A DNA stretch of 64,000 nucleotides, from assembly GCF_009834535.1 (NCBI RefSeq), contig NC_045696.1, positions 1,986,001-2,050,000 of the forward strand, read 5' to 3'. Position 1 is the stretch's first letter. Each line of letters begins with the position of its first letter. Of this stretch, positions 35,801 through 48,250 are shown in pieces. This DNA is from Camelus ferus (Eukaryota). A model generated the notes under the pieces. The model did not search any database, was not told the DNA's origin, and worked only from the letters and a program-made list of their open reading frames with translations. Both the position numbers and the translations under genes were made by a program.

Positions 35801-38800
35801 CAAAGGCACGTGGCCCAGGCCCTGCCTCCCTGTCTGCGCGCGGCCTTGCCCTCCCTGTGTGGCCCCGGCGCAGGCCGCGTCCCTCCTCCAGGGCCCGTGA
35901 GCAGTAGACCTCTCCATCTCCACTTCTTGTGGTCGGTGTGGAACCGCAGTCCACCGCCGGCAACCCGTGCTCCACTTAACAAGCGTGAAGGTACCGACGT
36001 CACAGCAGCCATAGGTAGTGATCACAGCACAACCCGACTGCAAAGCGTTCTGCTGGGACAGCGACGTGTCCAAAGAAAAGATTTCGGAATTTTAAAAAGC
36101 CTGCTACCGAGACAGAACATTTCTCTGGGAGCTAACAAGGCCAAACACTGTCCCAGAGGGGCCTTGCCCAGTGACTCTCCCGTCAAGCACCGGCGCCGGG
36201 GTGGGGCAAGGACAGAGCTGCTGACCCGAGGGGCTGCGTGGCCACAAGGACACAAAGACGCCGCGTGTGTGGGGCAGAGGGATGTGACCCCCGGATGGGA
36301 GCGGACAGACCCCATCCCAGGGGAAGAAGGTGAAGGAAAGCCAGGTGGAGAGAGCGGCAACAGCGAACGGGCTGACAGAGGAGCTCCTGCCCTGGCAGCT
36401 CACGGCCGGGCAGCGCAGTCCGGAAGGTCTGAGAGGCCAAAGACGCGTGAGTCGTGCTCAGGGCCAGGAAGGCAGCTCTGAGCTACGGAGCGACGGGTGA
36501 CTGTGCTCCTAAGCGTCCTGATTGCCGCCCCTGGACACTCACGGGCTGAGGGGCGGCCGCAGGGAAGCCCTGGACCTTCGGAGGCTGCAGGCACCACGCC
36601 CAGAAATAAGCCTCCTCGGAAATCAACCCCAACACTGACAGCCACCAGATCTTCAACAAGGGTGCCAAGGCCACCTGAGGGGAGGGAAGAGTCCTGCCAA
36701 CAAATGGGACGGGAGCACCTGAACGGCCACGCAGACAGAATGAACTTGGAACCTCCTCTCACCACACAGAGAAGTTAACTCTCAGTAGGAGTTAAAACTA
36801 TACATGTGAGTAGAGCTAAAACTATAAACTCTTAGAAGAAAACACAGGAGACCTTTTTGAACTTGGGATAATAAGCAATGGTGGCTCAGATCCTACACCG
36901 AGAGTACAGGAAATAAAGAGAGCCTGGTAAGCTGGGCTCCAGCGAAAGTAAAACCGTTTGTGCTTCAAAGGACACCATCAAGAAAGCGAAAGTACAAACA
37001 CGAAGTGGGAGGAAATACCTGCAGACCCTGCGTATGATCAGGGACTGAACACGCGAAGAGCACTGACAACTCAACAAGAAGACAACCGCACTAAAAGTGG
37101 GAAAAGGAGATGGACAGACGTCTCTCCAAAGAAGATGCACAAATGGCCGAAAAGCACAAGGAAGATGCTCACCGCCACCCGACGTCACGGAGGTGAGAGA
37201 CGGCCTCCCTCCCAGCGCGGGGGCTGCGGCCGGACGGCCAGCGAGAGCGAGCGTCGGCGGGCACCTGGAACCCGGAGCCCGCACGTGCTGCCGAGAGAAC
37301 GTAAAGTGATGTTCCCTTAAGAACAGTTCAGCAGCTTCTCACAAACTTACCACATGTGTCCCGGCAACACAGAACCGAGCACATCTGGGTGCACAGAACT
37401 CACCCAAGGACCCCCCCAGACAGCATCGCCATGCCTAGCAGCCCTGGGGGGAACAGCCTGGACGTGCAGCGCAGAGGACTGAGCAGCCATGTGGTCCACC
37501 GCACCACAGGGCGCTATTCCGCCCCCCACGAGGAGGGGCCCCGCCACACAATGCAAAATGGGTGACCCTGGGCAACACCGTGACACGGAGAAGCAGCCAG
37601 TCTCGAAAGACCACACGGAACACGCCTGCCCTCGAGCAGGTGGCAGAGGCACACCTGCCTCTGGGTGGGCCGGGGCTAAGAGGGGGGCGCAGGCGTGGGG
37701 AAGCCCTGGGATGGTGGAGGCACTCTGACATCCGGTCCTGGCCGTGGTGACACAAGCCTGTCACACACAACACGCGCTTAACGTGCCACACGGGTGAGCT
37801 TCACGGTGTGCAAACTACATCTCCATAAAGCTTTTTCTTAAAAAAGTGGCATCTGTATCTCCGGTCCTCGGAGGACCAGTGTGGAAGAGAGCGACCCCCC
37901 AGGTGCTTGCGCTGGCCGTCCACCCGCTCGCTCCGCGCTGAAGGAAGCCCTTCCCTACACTCGGAGTCTGAAAAGAAACAAGAAAGATGGAAAAGTAACA
38001 GTGGACACGGCTACCTCGTTATTAACCATCCGCAGCGAGCAAACCACGGTAACAGTATGCCAACTCCTCATCGTACGAATCATTTACTGTTCGGCGGCTG
38101 TTAACACATTGAAAAGGCCCCTGTCTGTACAACAAAACGATGAGCTACACCAGGGATTACGCTTCACTCTGAGGCTAATGAGAAAGCTCAGAAACTCAGG
38201 AGGGTCCAAGCAAACAGACACCGGGTTGGAGGAGGGACTGAAAAAACTGCTAATATCAAGAGCTACGCACACAAACACCTTCTCAGATAAAGTGCTGTGT
38301 GACAATCTCAGCTGTAAAAGGAAAGGAAAAGCCACAAAACAGTGTGTCCACATTCTGACTCACCTCACACGAAGCCCACTCAGCTCCCCAAGGAACAAAG
38401 CCCATCCCTCTTTGCTCGCCCAGCCCAGGCCACTTTCAGCTCCGCACTTAACGCGCAAGTTAAAGAAAACCTTCGCCCCATCGACTGCGTAAATTTCTAT
38501 AATACTCTCAGTTTTCCTCCTAAGAAACTAGAGACATGCCTTAATAGAGCAGCAGCCGAGGGTCGAGGAGGAAGGAGTCGCTGTCGGGGGGGAAGGGGAG
38601 ACGGGAAGAGGTGGGGGTCCCGGCTGCAGACCAGCACACTCAGTGGAGAGCGCGCAGGAGGGCGGGTCTCAGGCCCGCCACCTGGCGAGGACCCGGGGCT
38701 CCAAACGCTGCAGGCGACGCTTCAGCCCCTCCGAGCGCAGGCCGTTCCCGGGGTCTGCAGCTTCATTATACTGAAAAAGCCTGTCCGTCTGATCTCCAGA

Positions 38801-41800
38801 AGATACAGAATACGATGCCACCGTCCATCCCCCACCCACAACCCCACCAGAGAGAAGGCAACACATACAAAAAAATTGTCCACTTGGAATTCATACGTAT
38901 AGGGCTTTAGGGAGACAGACAGTCGTTGCTCAGAAGCCGGCGAGAATCCAACGGAGAACTGGCCGTGCAGGGGCGGGGGAGGCTCCCGGGTCCACTTCAG
39001 CTCCCAGACGAAGAAGGCCGCCTGCTCGCTGCGGACGTGCTGCAAGAGAGCGGCCGTCACCGCGCATGCAGAGGCGGGGCCGACGCGCAGCCCCCAGGCG
39101 CCCCGCACGGCCTGCACCAGCCTCCCTGCGGGGACTTGCCCTTGAGGAAGACTGCCCCCAGCTGGTTAAAAGGCTTTGATTTGTCATGGTTCACAAGCCT
39201 GACAGCACAGGGGAAGACTGTTTACTAGAACGCAGCAGCCCGTACGTTTCCGACATGGGACGTGTCAGCGAGCGTGTGAAAGGGCCACTGTTACACCCAC
39301 GCCAGCTGCTCTGTTTCTACCACTAGGTGAAGCGAGGAGAAGAACTAGCACCCCTCAGGCATGAAGTCCACGCCTACACGTGCAGCGACAGACGTGGGGA
39401 GCGCTTGAAATGGAGCAAATGCTAGTTGGGAAAAATCCTTTGTAAACGCTAAAGATCAGACATCCATTAAGAAAAGTCTGATCTTCTAAACACTCAGCAT
39501 TCACTGTCTAAAAACACACGCGACAAGTGGACAGAAAAAGTGGGGCCGGGGCTCAGCCAGGCCGCGCAGACGTGAGCGTGGCTCCTTTTCACAGCTCCCC
39601 CCTACCCCCGAGAGCCATCGCTGGGCACAGGAGGGCATTTAATCGGAGGCACTGCTTCTGGGCTGATGGAGTCCACGCGGTCAGCACGAGACTCAAGAAT
39701 GAGCCTGGAGTGCTGTCGATCTGCGCATGGAGGCAGACACATGTAAGATTTAACCTTTCTGAAAACACAAATACCAGCCTATCTCCTAACCCGTCCACTG
39801 TGCCGCTCGGCCCAAAGTGAAGCGCAACCATATGATGTTGCGGCCACAGAGCCGAGCCTCAGGGCCATCCTCCTCCCGGTGTGCGCTCCGCCGACCACCG
39901 GCACGGTCGCGCTCTGTGCGGAGAGGCTTAAGCTAAAAACACACTGTCATTTTCATCAAGACGTGACGGGCGTGCCATCACCACACTTCTTCCACCGTTT
40001 TCTGTCCAGAAGTTCATGCTCGACTCCAGGGAACGGGTACCTGCTGGGAGTCCGTGTGCAGCGGTACGAGTCGCAGGTCGCTGCTGTCCCCGGCAGCCAC
40101 GAGATTACTATCTGACAGGTGGAAGTCAAGTTCGGACAAGTTCTGGACACACACTTGAACATACTTCCTAAAGGAGAAACACAAAAAGTAAGATTCTGAC
40201 ACTTGAGACCTTTATCAAATATATTTTGGCTGCGTTAAGACACAGTCCAGGAAATAAAAAAAGTGACACAGTAAAGTAAGAACGAGTTGTTACATATATT
40301 TCTACTTTCGATTTCACATGTAAAACCGTGAGAAAGAAACACATCTTCCTAAGCAAGCTATCTCTCGGGAAAAACAGATCAAAGAATATTCTATTTTGGA
40401 TACATTGTTGCACGATTATAACTGACTTTCCTAAACATACAACAGATCGCAACATGTCATGGGAAAGAGCAATGAACACTCTCCATCCTCAGAAGCGATG
40501 ACGACTCACTGAGAAACCAGCCAAGTCCAGGGCTCACCCTAATTTCCATCACATGTAAAGAGGGGCTTTGAAAAGCAAGGCTCAAGCAAAGCAGCTCAGA
40601 GCCGGCGCGGGGCTGCTGGTGTGTCTGGCCACTGACCCAACAGGCCCCTCGCTCTGATGTGCAGGGAAGACACGCCGCCGCTGTAACGCTACTCTCTGCA
40701 CATACCCTGCAGCTTTGCTTCCGAGTTACCTGAACATCGTCACGGCTGAAAGCCAGAGGGGACCGTGACAGTGAGAGCCCAGGGTCCACGGGCGCGCGGC
40801 ACTTGCAGTGGGGCCCTGGACAGTGCCCCCCGATGGGGGGCCGATGGAGCACACGACAGCACCTGCAGACTCCTGTCCAAAAACTGACTCTGAGCCGAGT
40901 CAAGCGCTACAGCAGTGGCTGTCACAGGGGCGGCATCTGGAGACATCTGCGGTCTCAGACCGGGGTGGGGGTGGGTGGGCGTGCCACTGGCACAAAGTGG
41001 GGGAGCCAAGGGTGCTGCCAAACACCCACAGCTCAGGGCTACCTGCCCGAGCTCCAGCGGGGACAGACAGCAGCTGACGGGGAACCAGCCAAACAAACCC
41101 ATGAGGACACGGCCAGTCAAACCCAGAATGGCGGACCTTCTGGAGGACCACTGGCCCAAGCCTGTCAACGTGCCAGTGGCTTGAGAAATGGGGAGGAGGG
41201 ATAAAGACGGATCTCAGAAGCAAAGGGGGCTTTGCTGGAATCCCATGTCCTACAAATCAACTCTGCTCGATCATTTTTGAGACAGCTGGGGGGGCCTGGG
41301 TATCAACTGGGCATTGTAGGACCCAGGGAATTACTGTGAATTTTAGCAGGTGGACCCTGGCATCACAGCTGTAAGAAAATATGCTCAATGTCACCAAGGC
41401 CAAGCTCTGAACGAGAGGGCCTCCATGCAGGAGAGCCCAGGAAAGGAGCCGGGCCTGGGGTCCTTACCGTGTCCCAGCCGACAGCAGGGAGTGCGTGGTC
41501 CGGAAGGGCATGCTGAACGTCAGTGCGATGACAGTGGAGTAGATGGACCACGGGCAATCGATGGACACCTGAGGACAAAGAGGGACACACATTCAGACCA
41601 CTCACCACACGGCAGAGCCACCACCACCTTCATCCCTCCAAGTCTACAGCAGCTGCCAACTTCCTAGACATCTAGTGTCTTCACCACTTCTCACCCAGAA
41701 AGAGCCCAGTCCACACCTGCACGAAGGAGAAAGCCCCGGACACAGAGCGTCTCAGCAGCCCCGGAGCAGAAGCACCACCAGCAGCACAGACCCCGCCTCA

Positions 41801-44800
41801 CTGTCCTCGCCCACAGGTGGCCGCGACGCCAGGTGTGACTTTAGTGTGCAGGACGTTGTGACAAAGTGCTTTTACTCGCTTATGTGCAGATGACACTAAC
41901 CAATGACTATTACAAAATTAAATGAACTGTCAAACTCTCAACCCACATGACACTGAATACCTAACTGAAAACCAATCAATTTAAGGATGCAGTGTGGACC
42001 ATGCTATTAACTTCCTTAACGGCAGAAACCAGGTCTCAAACTTGCTTCCCCCACAGAACAAACGAACACACAGAGTACAGAACAGTTGTTCGCCCAGCCC
42101 CGACTCCGTGCGCTTGCTGGCCTGTCACCTTTCCCTCCCGAAGCCTGCAGCCGGTAAGGAGGGAGGGGATCTCCAGGACGGTGATGAGCACGTTGTTCCT
42201 GAGGAGCTGGCGTGTCTGGTGTTCATCATAATCCTCTGAAGTGACTGCTTTTCTTGGCCTTTCATCCTACTGCTTTTGTATACCCCTCCTTTTTTTTTTT
42301 TTTTTAATTATTCAGTTTATTTAAACTAAAAGACAAAAAAATAACAAAAAAGATAGTTCACCCATTCTCTCAGTCCCTGCTCCACACCTCAGGTAACCAG
42401 CAATCTCTTCTCTGTATCTTGGTTTTTATTTTGATTTATTAGATTCCACATATAAGTGAGATCGTTTGCCTTTCTCTGCCTGACTTAACTTCACTGAGCA
42501 TAATGCCCTCTACATCCATCCATGTTGTTGCAAATGACAAGACGTCCTTCTTCTTTATGGCTGAGTAATACTCCAGTGTGTGTGCACACATCCTCTTTCT
42601 TCATTCCTTCGTCGGTGGATACTTAGGGTGCTCCCATGTCCCAGCTACTGTAAATAATGCTGGAATGAACATGGGGGTGCAGGTATCTCTCTGAGTTGGT
42701 GTTTTTGTTTTCTTCAGAAAAATACCCAGAAGTGGAGTTGCCAGATTGCATGGTAGCTTATTTTTTTCAAATTTTCTAAGGAACCTCCATACTGTTTTCC
42801 ACAGTGGCTGCACCAGTTTATATCCCCAACAATAGTGCATGAGGTCCCCTCGTCTCTACATCCACGTCAACACTTGTCATTTGTTGTTTTTTGATAATAT
42901 CCATCCTGGTAGGGCTGACGTGCTAACTCACTGTGGTTTCGATTGCATTTCCCTGATGACCAGTGATGCTGAGCATCTTTTCATGTCCCTGTTGGCCTTC
43001 TGTGTGTCCTCTTTGGTAAAATGTCTCTTCAGATCTCCTGCCCATTTTTAAATCAGATTACATGTTTTTTTTTTTTGCTATTCAGTTGTGTGAGTTCTTT
43101 ATACATTTTGTGTATTAGCCACTTATCAGATACATGGTTTGGAAATACTGATTCTTCCAGTCCAGGAGCATGGAGTGTCATTCCACTTATTTGTGACTTC
43201 TTCTGCTTCTTTCATTCATGTCATTTAGGTTTCAATATACAAGTCTCTCACTTCCTTGGTGAAATTTATTCCTAGGTTTTTTTTTTTGATGCAATTGAAA
43301 ATTAGATTGTTTTCTTAATTTCTCTCACACTTCATTATTAGTATAAAGAAATGCAATAGACTTTTGCATACTGATTTTATATCCTTCAACTTTATTGAAT
43401 TTATTAATTCCAACAGTTTTTGTTGGAGTCTTCAGAGTTTTCTACATATAATATCATGTCATCTGCAAATAATGAGTCTTACTTCTTCCTTTCCAAGTTG
43501 GATGACTTATTTTTCTTGAATAATTGCTCTAAGACTCCCAATACTGTGCTGAACAAGCGGCAAGAGTGGGCCTTTTGTCTCGTTCCTGATCTTGCTGCTG
43601 ATCTTAGAAAAGCTTTCAGCTTTTCACTGCTGAGCACAGTGCTAGTTGTGGGCTTAGCACGTACGGCCTTTATGATGTTGAGGCATGCTCCCTCTCTTCT
43701 GACTTTGCTGAGTATTTACCATAAATGGACGCTGAACTCTGTCGAATGCGTTTTCTGCGTCTATTGACAGGGCGTATGGTTTTACCCCTCAGTCTGTTAA
43801 TGCAGTACAGCACACTGCCTTGTGGGTGTCGAACCCCCCTTGCATCCCTGGAGTAAACCTCACTGATCACAGCGTATCGTCCTTTTCACATATTGTTGAG
43901 TTCGGCTTGCTGATGTTTTGTTGAGAATTTCTGTATCTATGCTCACCAGGGATACTGGCCTGTAACCTCCTGTGGCGTCCTTGTCTGGTTTTGGTATCAG
44001 GGCAATGCTGGCCCTCCTGTTTTCTGGGAGAGTTTGAGAAGGACTGGTACTCCTCTGAATGTTTGGTGGAATTCACCAGGGAAGCCATCTGGTCCTGGTC
44101 TTTGGTTTGGGAGGTTTTTTGATTACTGATTCAATCTCCTTACCAGTAATTGGTCTGTTCAGATCATCCACTTCATCATGACTCAGTCTTGGCAGGCTGT
44201 TTCTAGGAATCTATCCAGTTCTCCTGGGTTGTCCAATTTATCAGCACATATGTCTCCCCAGAGGTATGTTAGTATCTGCTTTATATTTTAGGTGCTCCTA
44301 TGCTGAATGCATAAATGTCTTAAAATGTATTTTCTTACTGAACTGACTCCTTTATCATTGCATAACTCCCTTCCTTGTCTGTTATTACACTTTGATTTGA
44401 AGTCTGTTTGCTGATGTAAGTGTAATTACTCCAGCTTTTCTTTTTCATTCCCACTTACATGGAATATCTTTTCCATCCCTTCACCTTTAGTTTGTGTGTC
44501 CTTACATCTAAAATGGGTCTCCTTTTTTAAAACAGTATTTGATGAGCCTTCTTCTAATTATGTGGGGTTTTTGGGGGGGGGGGTTGGGTTTACGTATTTA
44601 TTTAATGGAGGTACTGGGGTTGAACCCAGGACCTTGTGTGTCCTGAGCATGTGCCCTACCACTGAGCTGCACCCTCCCCACTGAAGTGAGTCTTCTGTAG
44701 GCAGCTCATAGGTGGGCCTTGGTTTTCTTTTTAGTCACTCGGCCCGTCTTTCGGGGTCCAGTTACATTTAAGTGACTGCTGACAGGCACGCGCTCACTGC

Positions 44801-47800
44801 CATTCTGGTACCTGTTCACCATTTCCAGCCCCTCCCTGCCCCTCTGCCTCCTGCGTGCCCTCTGTGATTCACTGCCTGCACCCAGTGGTGCTTCTACTCC
44901 TCCATCTTCCAGGTACTCACCATAGGCTTCTGCCCTGTGGTCACCACGAGGCTCGTGTGTAACAACTCACACCTGCAAAAGTCTATTTTAAGTTGATAAC
45001 ACCTTAACTTTGATCTCATTCTGAAGCTCAACATTTTTACTGCCCTCCCCAACATTTTGTTTTTGAGTTGTCACATTTTAAATCTTTTTATCTTGTGTAT
45101 CCCTTATGTTATAATCATAGCTATTTTTATTGCTTTTTTTAACCTTCATACTAGCCTTCTAAGCGATTGAACCATTACCTTTATTAAACAGTTACTTTTC
45201 CAATGAGATTTCTTCTTTCCTGTGTTTTGTTACTAATTAGCACAGTTTCTTTTCAGCATAAAGAAGCCCCTTTAACATTTCTTGTAGGGCGGGTTCAGTG
45301 GTGATGACCTCCTTTAGTTTCCGCTCGTGTGGAAAACCCTTTCTCTTCCCTTCACTTCTGAAGGGTAACTTCACTGCCTGGGGGGAAGCTGCCCCTACTG
45401 TCCTCCCCCAGCACGTATGACGCCCAGTGCCGCTCCCTCCTGGCCTGGGCGGTTTCTGCTGAAGAATCTGCTGAGAGTCTTAGGAAGTTCTCTTACACAT
45501 AACAGATTCTTCCCTTGTCTTTAACTACCTGACATTTTACCTATAACGTGTCATTATGTGGGTCTCTTTGGGTCCATCTTGTTTGGAACCCTCTGGGCTT
45601 CCTGGATCTGAATGTCTTTTTTCTTCCGCAGGTTAGGGAACTTTTTGGCCATTATTTCCTCAAATAAAATTTCTGCCCCTTCTGTCTCCCCTCCTTCTGG
45701 GACCCCTAGAATGTCATGTTTGTCTGTATGGTGTTGCCCCATAAATTCCTTAAGCTGTCTTTAATTTTTTCAATCTTTCTTCTGCTCTGACTGGGCAAGT
45801 TCCACTGCCTTGTCTTCAAGCTGACTGAGCCTTTCCCTGCTCCACCTAGTCTGCTGTGACCCCTTCTAGTGCATTTTCAGTTCAGCTATTGTATTCTTCA
45901 GCTCTGAGACTTCTCTTTGGTATCTTCTTATATTTCATATCTCTTTGTTGAAGTTCTCACTGTTTTCATCCATTCTTCTCCCTGGTTCAACAACCATCTC
46001 AAGCCCCAAGGATACACTTCTACCCTTGGGCTGTTCAAAAGCCCTCAGAACTGGTATCTGTGTTACAAGACAAGCATGATGCTAGTAACACGTTCTATGA
46101 GAGACTGACTGGGGACCTGGGGCCAAAGTCATGGATCTCTCAAGTAACTGTCAGTAAACACCAGCACCAAGGCAGAAAACGACAGTACTTCTTCTCTGCT
46201 TTGTGTGATGTGATGTCTCAGTGAGCAGAAAGCGAAGCACACCAAGACACAGAACTGCCTCTGGCCTAATCACCAGGACAAAAGGACGGCGGAGACACAC
46301 TCACTGCCCTCTAAGCAAACACTGATCTCTGACAACACCCTGTCCCTCCTCCTGAGTTGGGATAGAAAAGTTAACAGACCGCTCGTCTATGTCTTTGCAA
46401 GATGTACCCCTTATCTAAGAAGGGCTGACCCACAGCTGTAAACACTGAACCCAGCCAGAGCAGGTGGTATCAGGTGCTGGAAATCCGCCCCCTCCACAGA
46501 AGCCATCCTGACGTACTGCCTTTCAGAACACACAGACGGGCAGAGGCCGCCACCACGGGCTCGCAGCTCAGCCCTTCTTACTCTGTGGTCCGTGGTAGCC
46601 ATGCTGTGGCTGGCCTTCTGTGTGTCCCTGTGCTTCCAGTGGGGCTCTGTCGTCCCCAGCACAGCGCTCTCCCCTCCGGCTGCTGGAGCTGAAGGTAAGG
46701 AGAGGACTTCCAGCTCGAACTCGATCATGTGGTAGGCAGGGGCGGCCGGCAGACTGATGCTCGTGACCTTGTCAGACGACTGAACCCGGAGCGCTGCGTC
46801 AGAAGCCTTTTCTAGGAAAGACAGAAACGTCACTCCCAACACACTCCCTCTGTCTCCTTGTCCTTTCTCCTCTGGTGGGCGATGGGCCCAGCAGCGACCC
46901 GCCAGCCCAACCCGGTGCTCTTATACGGGGAGAGGGGTGTGTCTAGGAGGGACCACAATGGGAAGGAGGGGAGCAGGAAAGGCAGGAGCAAAGCTCCCTA
47001 AGACAGAGCAGCACTGCCTGAAAGCTGTCTGGTCGAGGCCCAGACTGTTGCTGTGCTCAGTCTGAAGACAGGAAAGGGCCCCCTTTCACACGGCCGGCCT
47101 GGCCCGCCTGTGTCCCCGGGACGCTCCCACTCCGCCCCGCTGCAGGACCAACTCGGACCAAGTCCGACTCAGAGAGGGAGCTGCATCCTTCCCGCCCTCC
47201 AGCCCCAATCCTCAGGGCTGGGGCCTGCGGCAGGTGGGACTTCACAGGGATCCTGACCAGCATCTTAAAAAGCTTATCTGCTTTTGCTTTTTGGCGAGGG
47301 GAGCTGGGGAGTGTGGAAGGAGGCTGGAGGCCAGCAGGGCCTCACCACGGAGCACAAGCCTCCTGAGATCACAGCACGGCCAGCACTGCCCCCGGCCGAG
47401 CGCGTGCGCAGCTCTCCGTCTCTGCCCTCGAATGCAACGCCCCATGGGTGGGCAGGGCCGCAGTCCCCTACAGGTGGGACACCGCAGTGAGACAGCGGCA
47501 AGGAGAAGCCGTCCTCAGGTGGACAGCAGGGACAACATTCCTTATAGCCTCACGGTGCGTCCACCTTTGCCAGGTGGCTGCCGCCTCACCTCTTGTGTTG
47601 GAGTAGATCACAGCTCTGTTCTCCGCGTGACACAGGATAAGCATGGCTTCTATGTTGCTCAGCTGGAGGCTGTCCCCGTTTTTTACAGTATAATGGCCAG
47701 TAGTGACAGTGAACTTGACCTTCTGAGGAATACCAGCCAAAAGGCTATCTAAAGGGAAAAGGACAGCAATGAGCATCACTGTCAACCAGAAGGACCAACA

Positions 47801-48198
47801 GAAGGCCCACTGTAAGTTCAGAGAGCACTCTGTCTCTTCAAAGAGAAGATCTGTTCACTTTAAGTACTCCATGAATCGCTCAGTCTCCATCCGTCCACCT
47901 TCCCTTCTCGCCTCAGTTACCAGGACCGCAGGGCTGAAGGGGCCCGCGCTGGAACGAGAGAATCTGTGAGCCTGACGGGTCTTATCACCGCCTTGGTTTA
48001 GTGAGTTAGAGATCATGGTGGCAACTGTGCATATGAGGGTCTCAAAATTTACCTGCTGGTTAGTTATTAAGAAAGAATCACCTATGGTGACAAAGAATAT
48101 GAAAACAAATATATGTGTGTTCATGCATGACTGAAGTATTATGCTGTACACCAGAAACTGACACAACATTGTAAGCTGACGATACATCAGTAAAAAAA

Positions 48199-48250
<52 letters not shown>

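Noticed and set aside
37881..38902. Two overlapping plus-strand ORFs (203 and 186 aa) in TRAPPC10 intron 20
   Set aside because: Non-ATG starts, no domain or splice support; consistent with chance.
44565..44679. Possible tRNA gene
   Set aside because: It has A and B boxes but also a SINE-type tail and sits inside an L1, so I call it a SINE.
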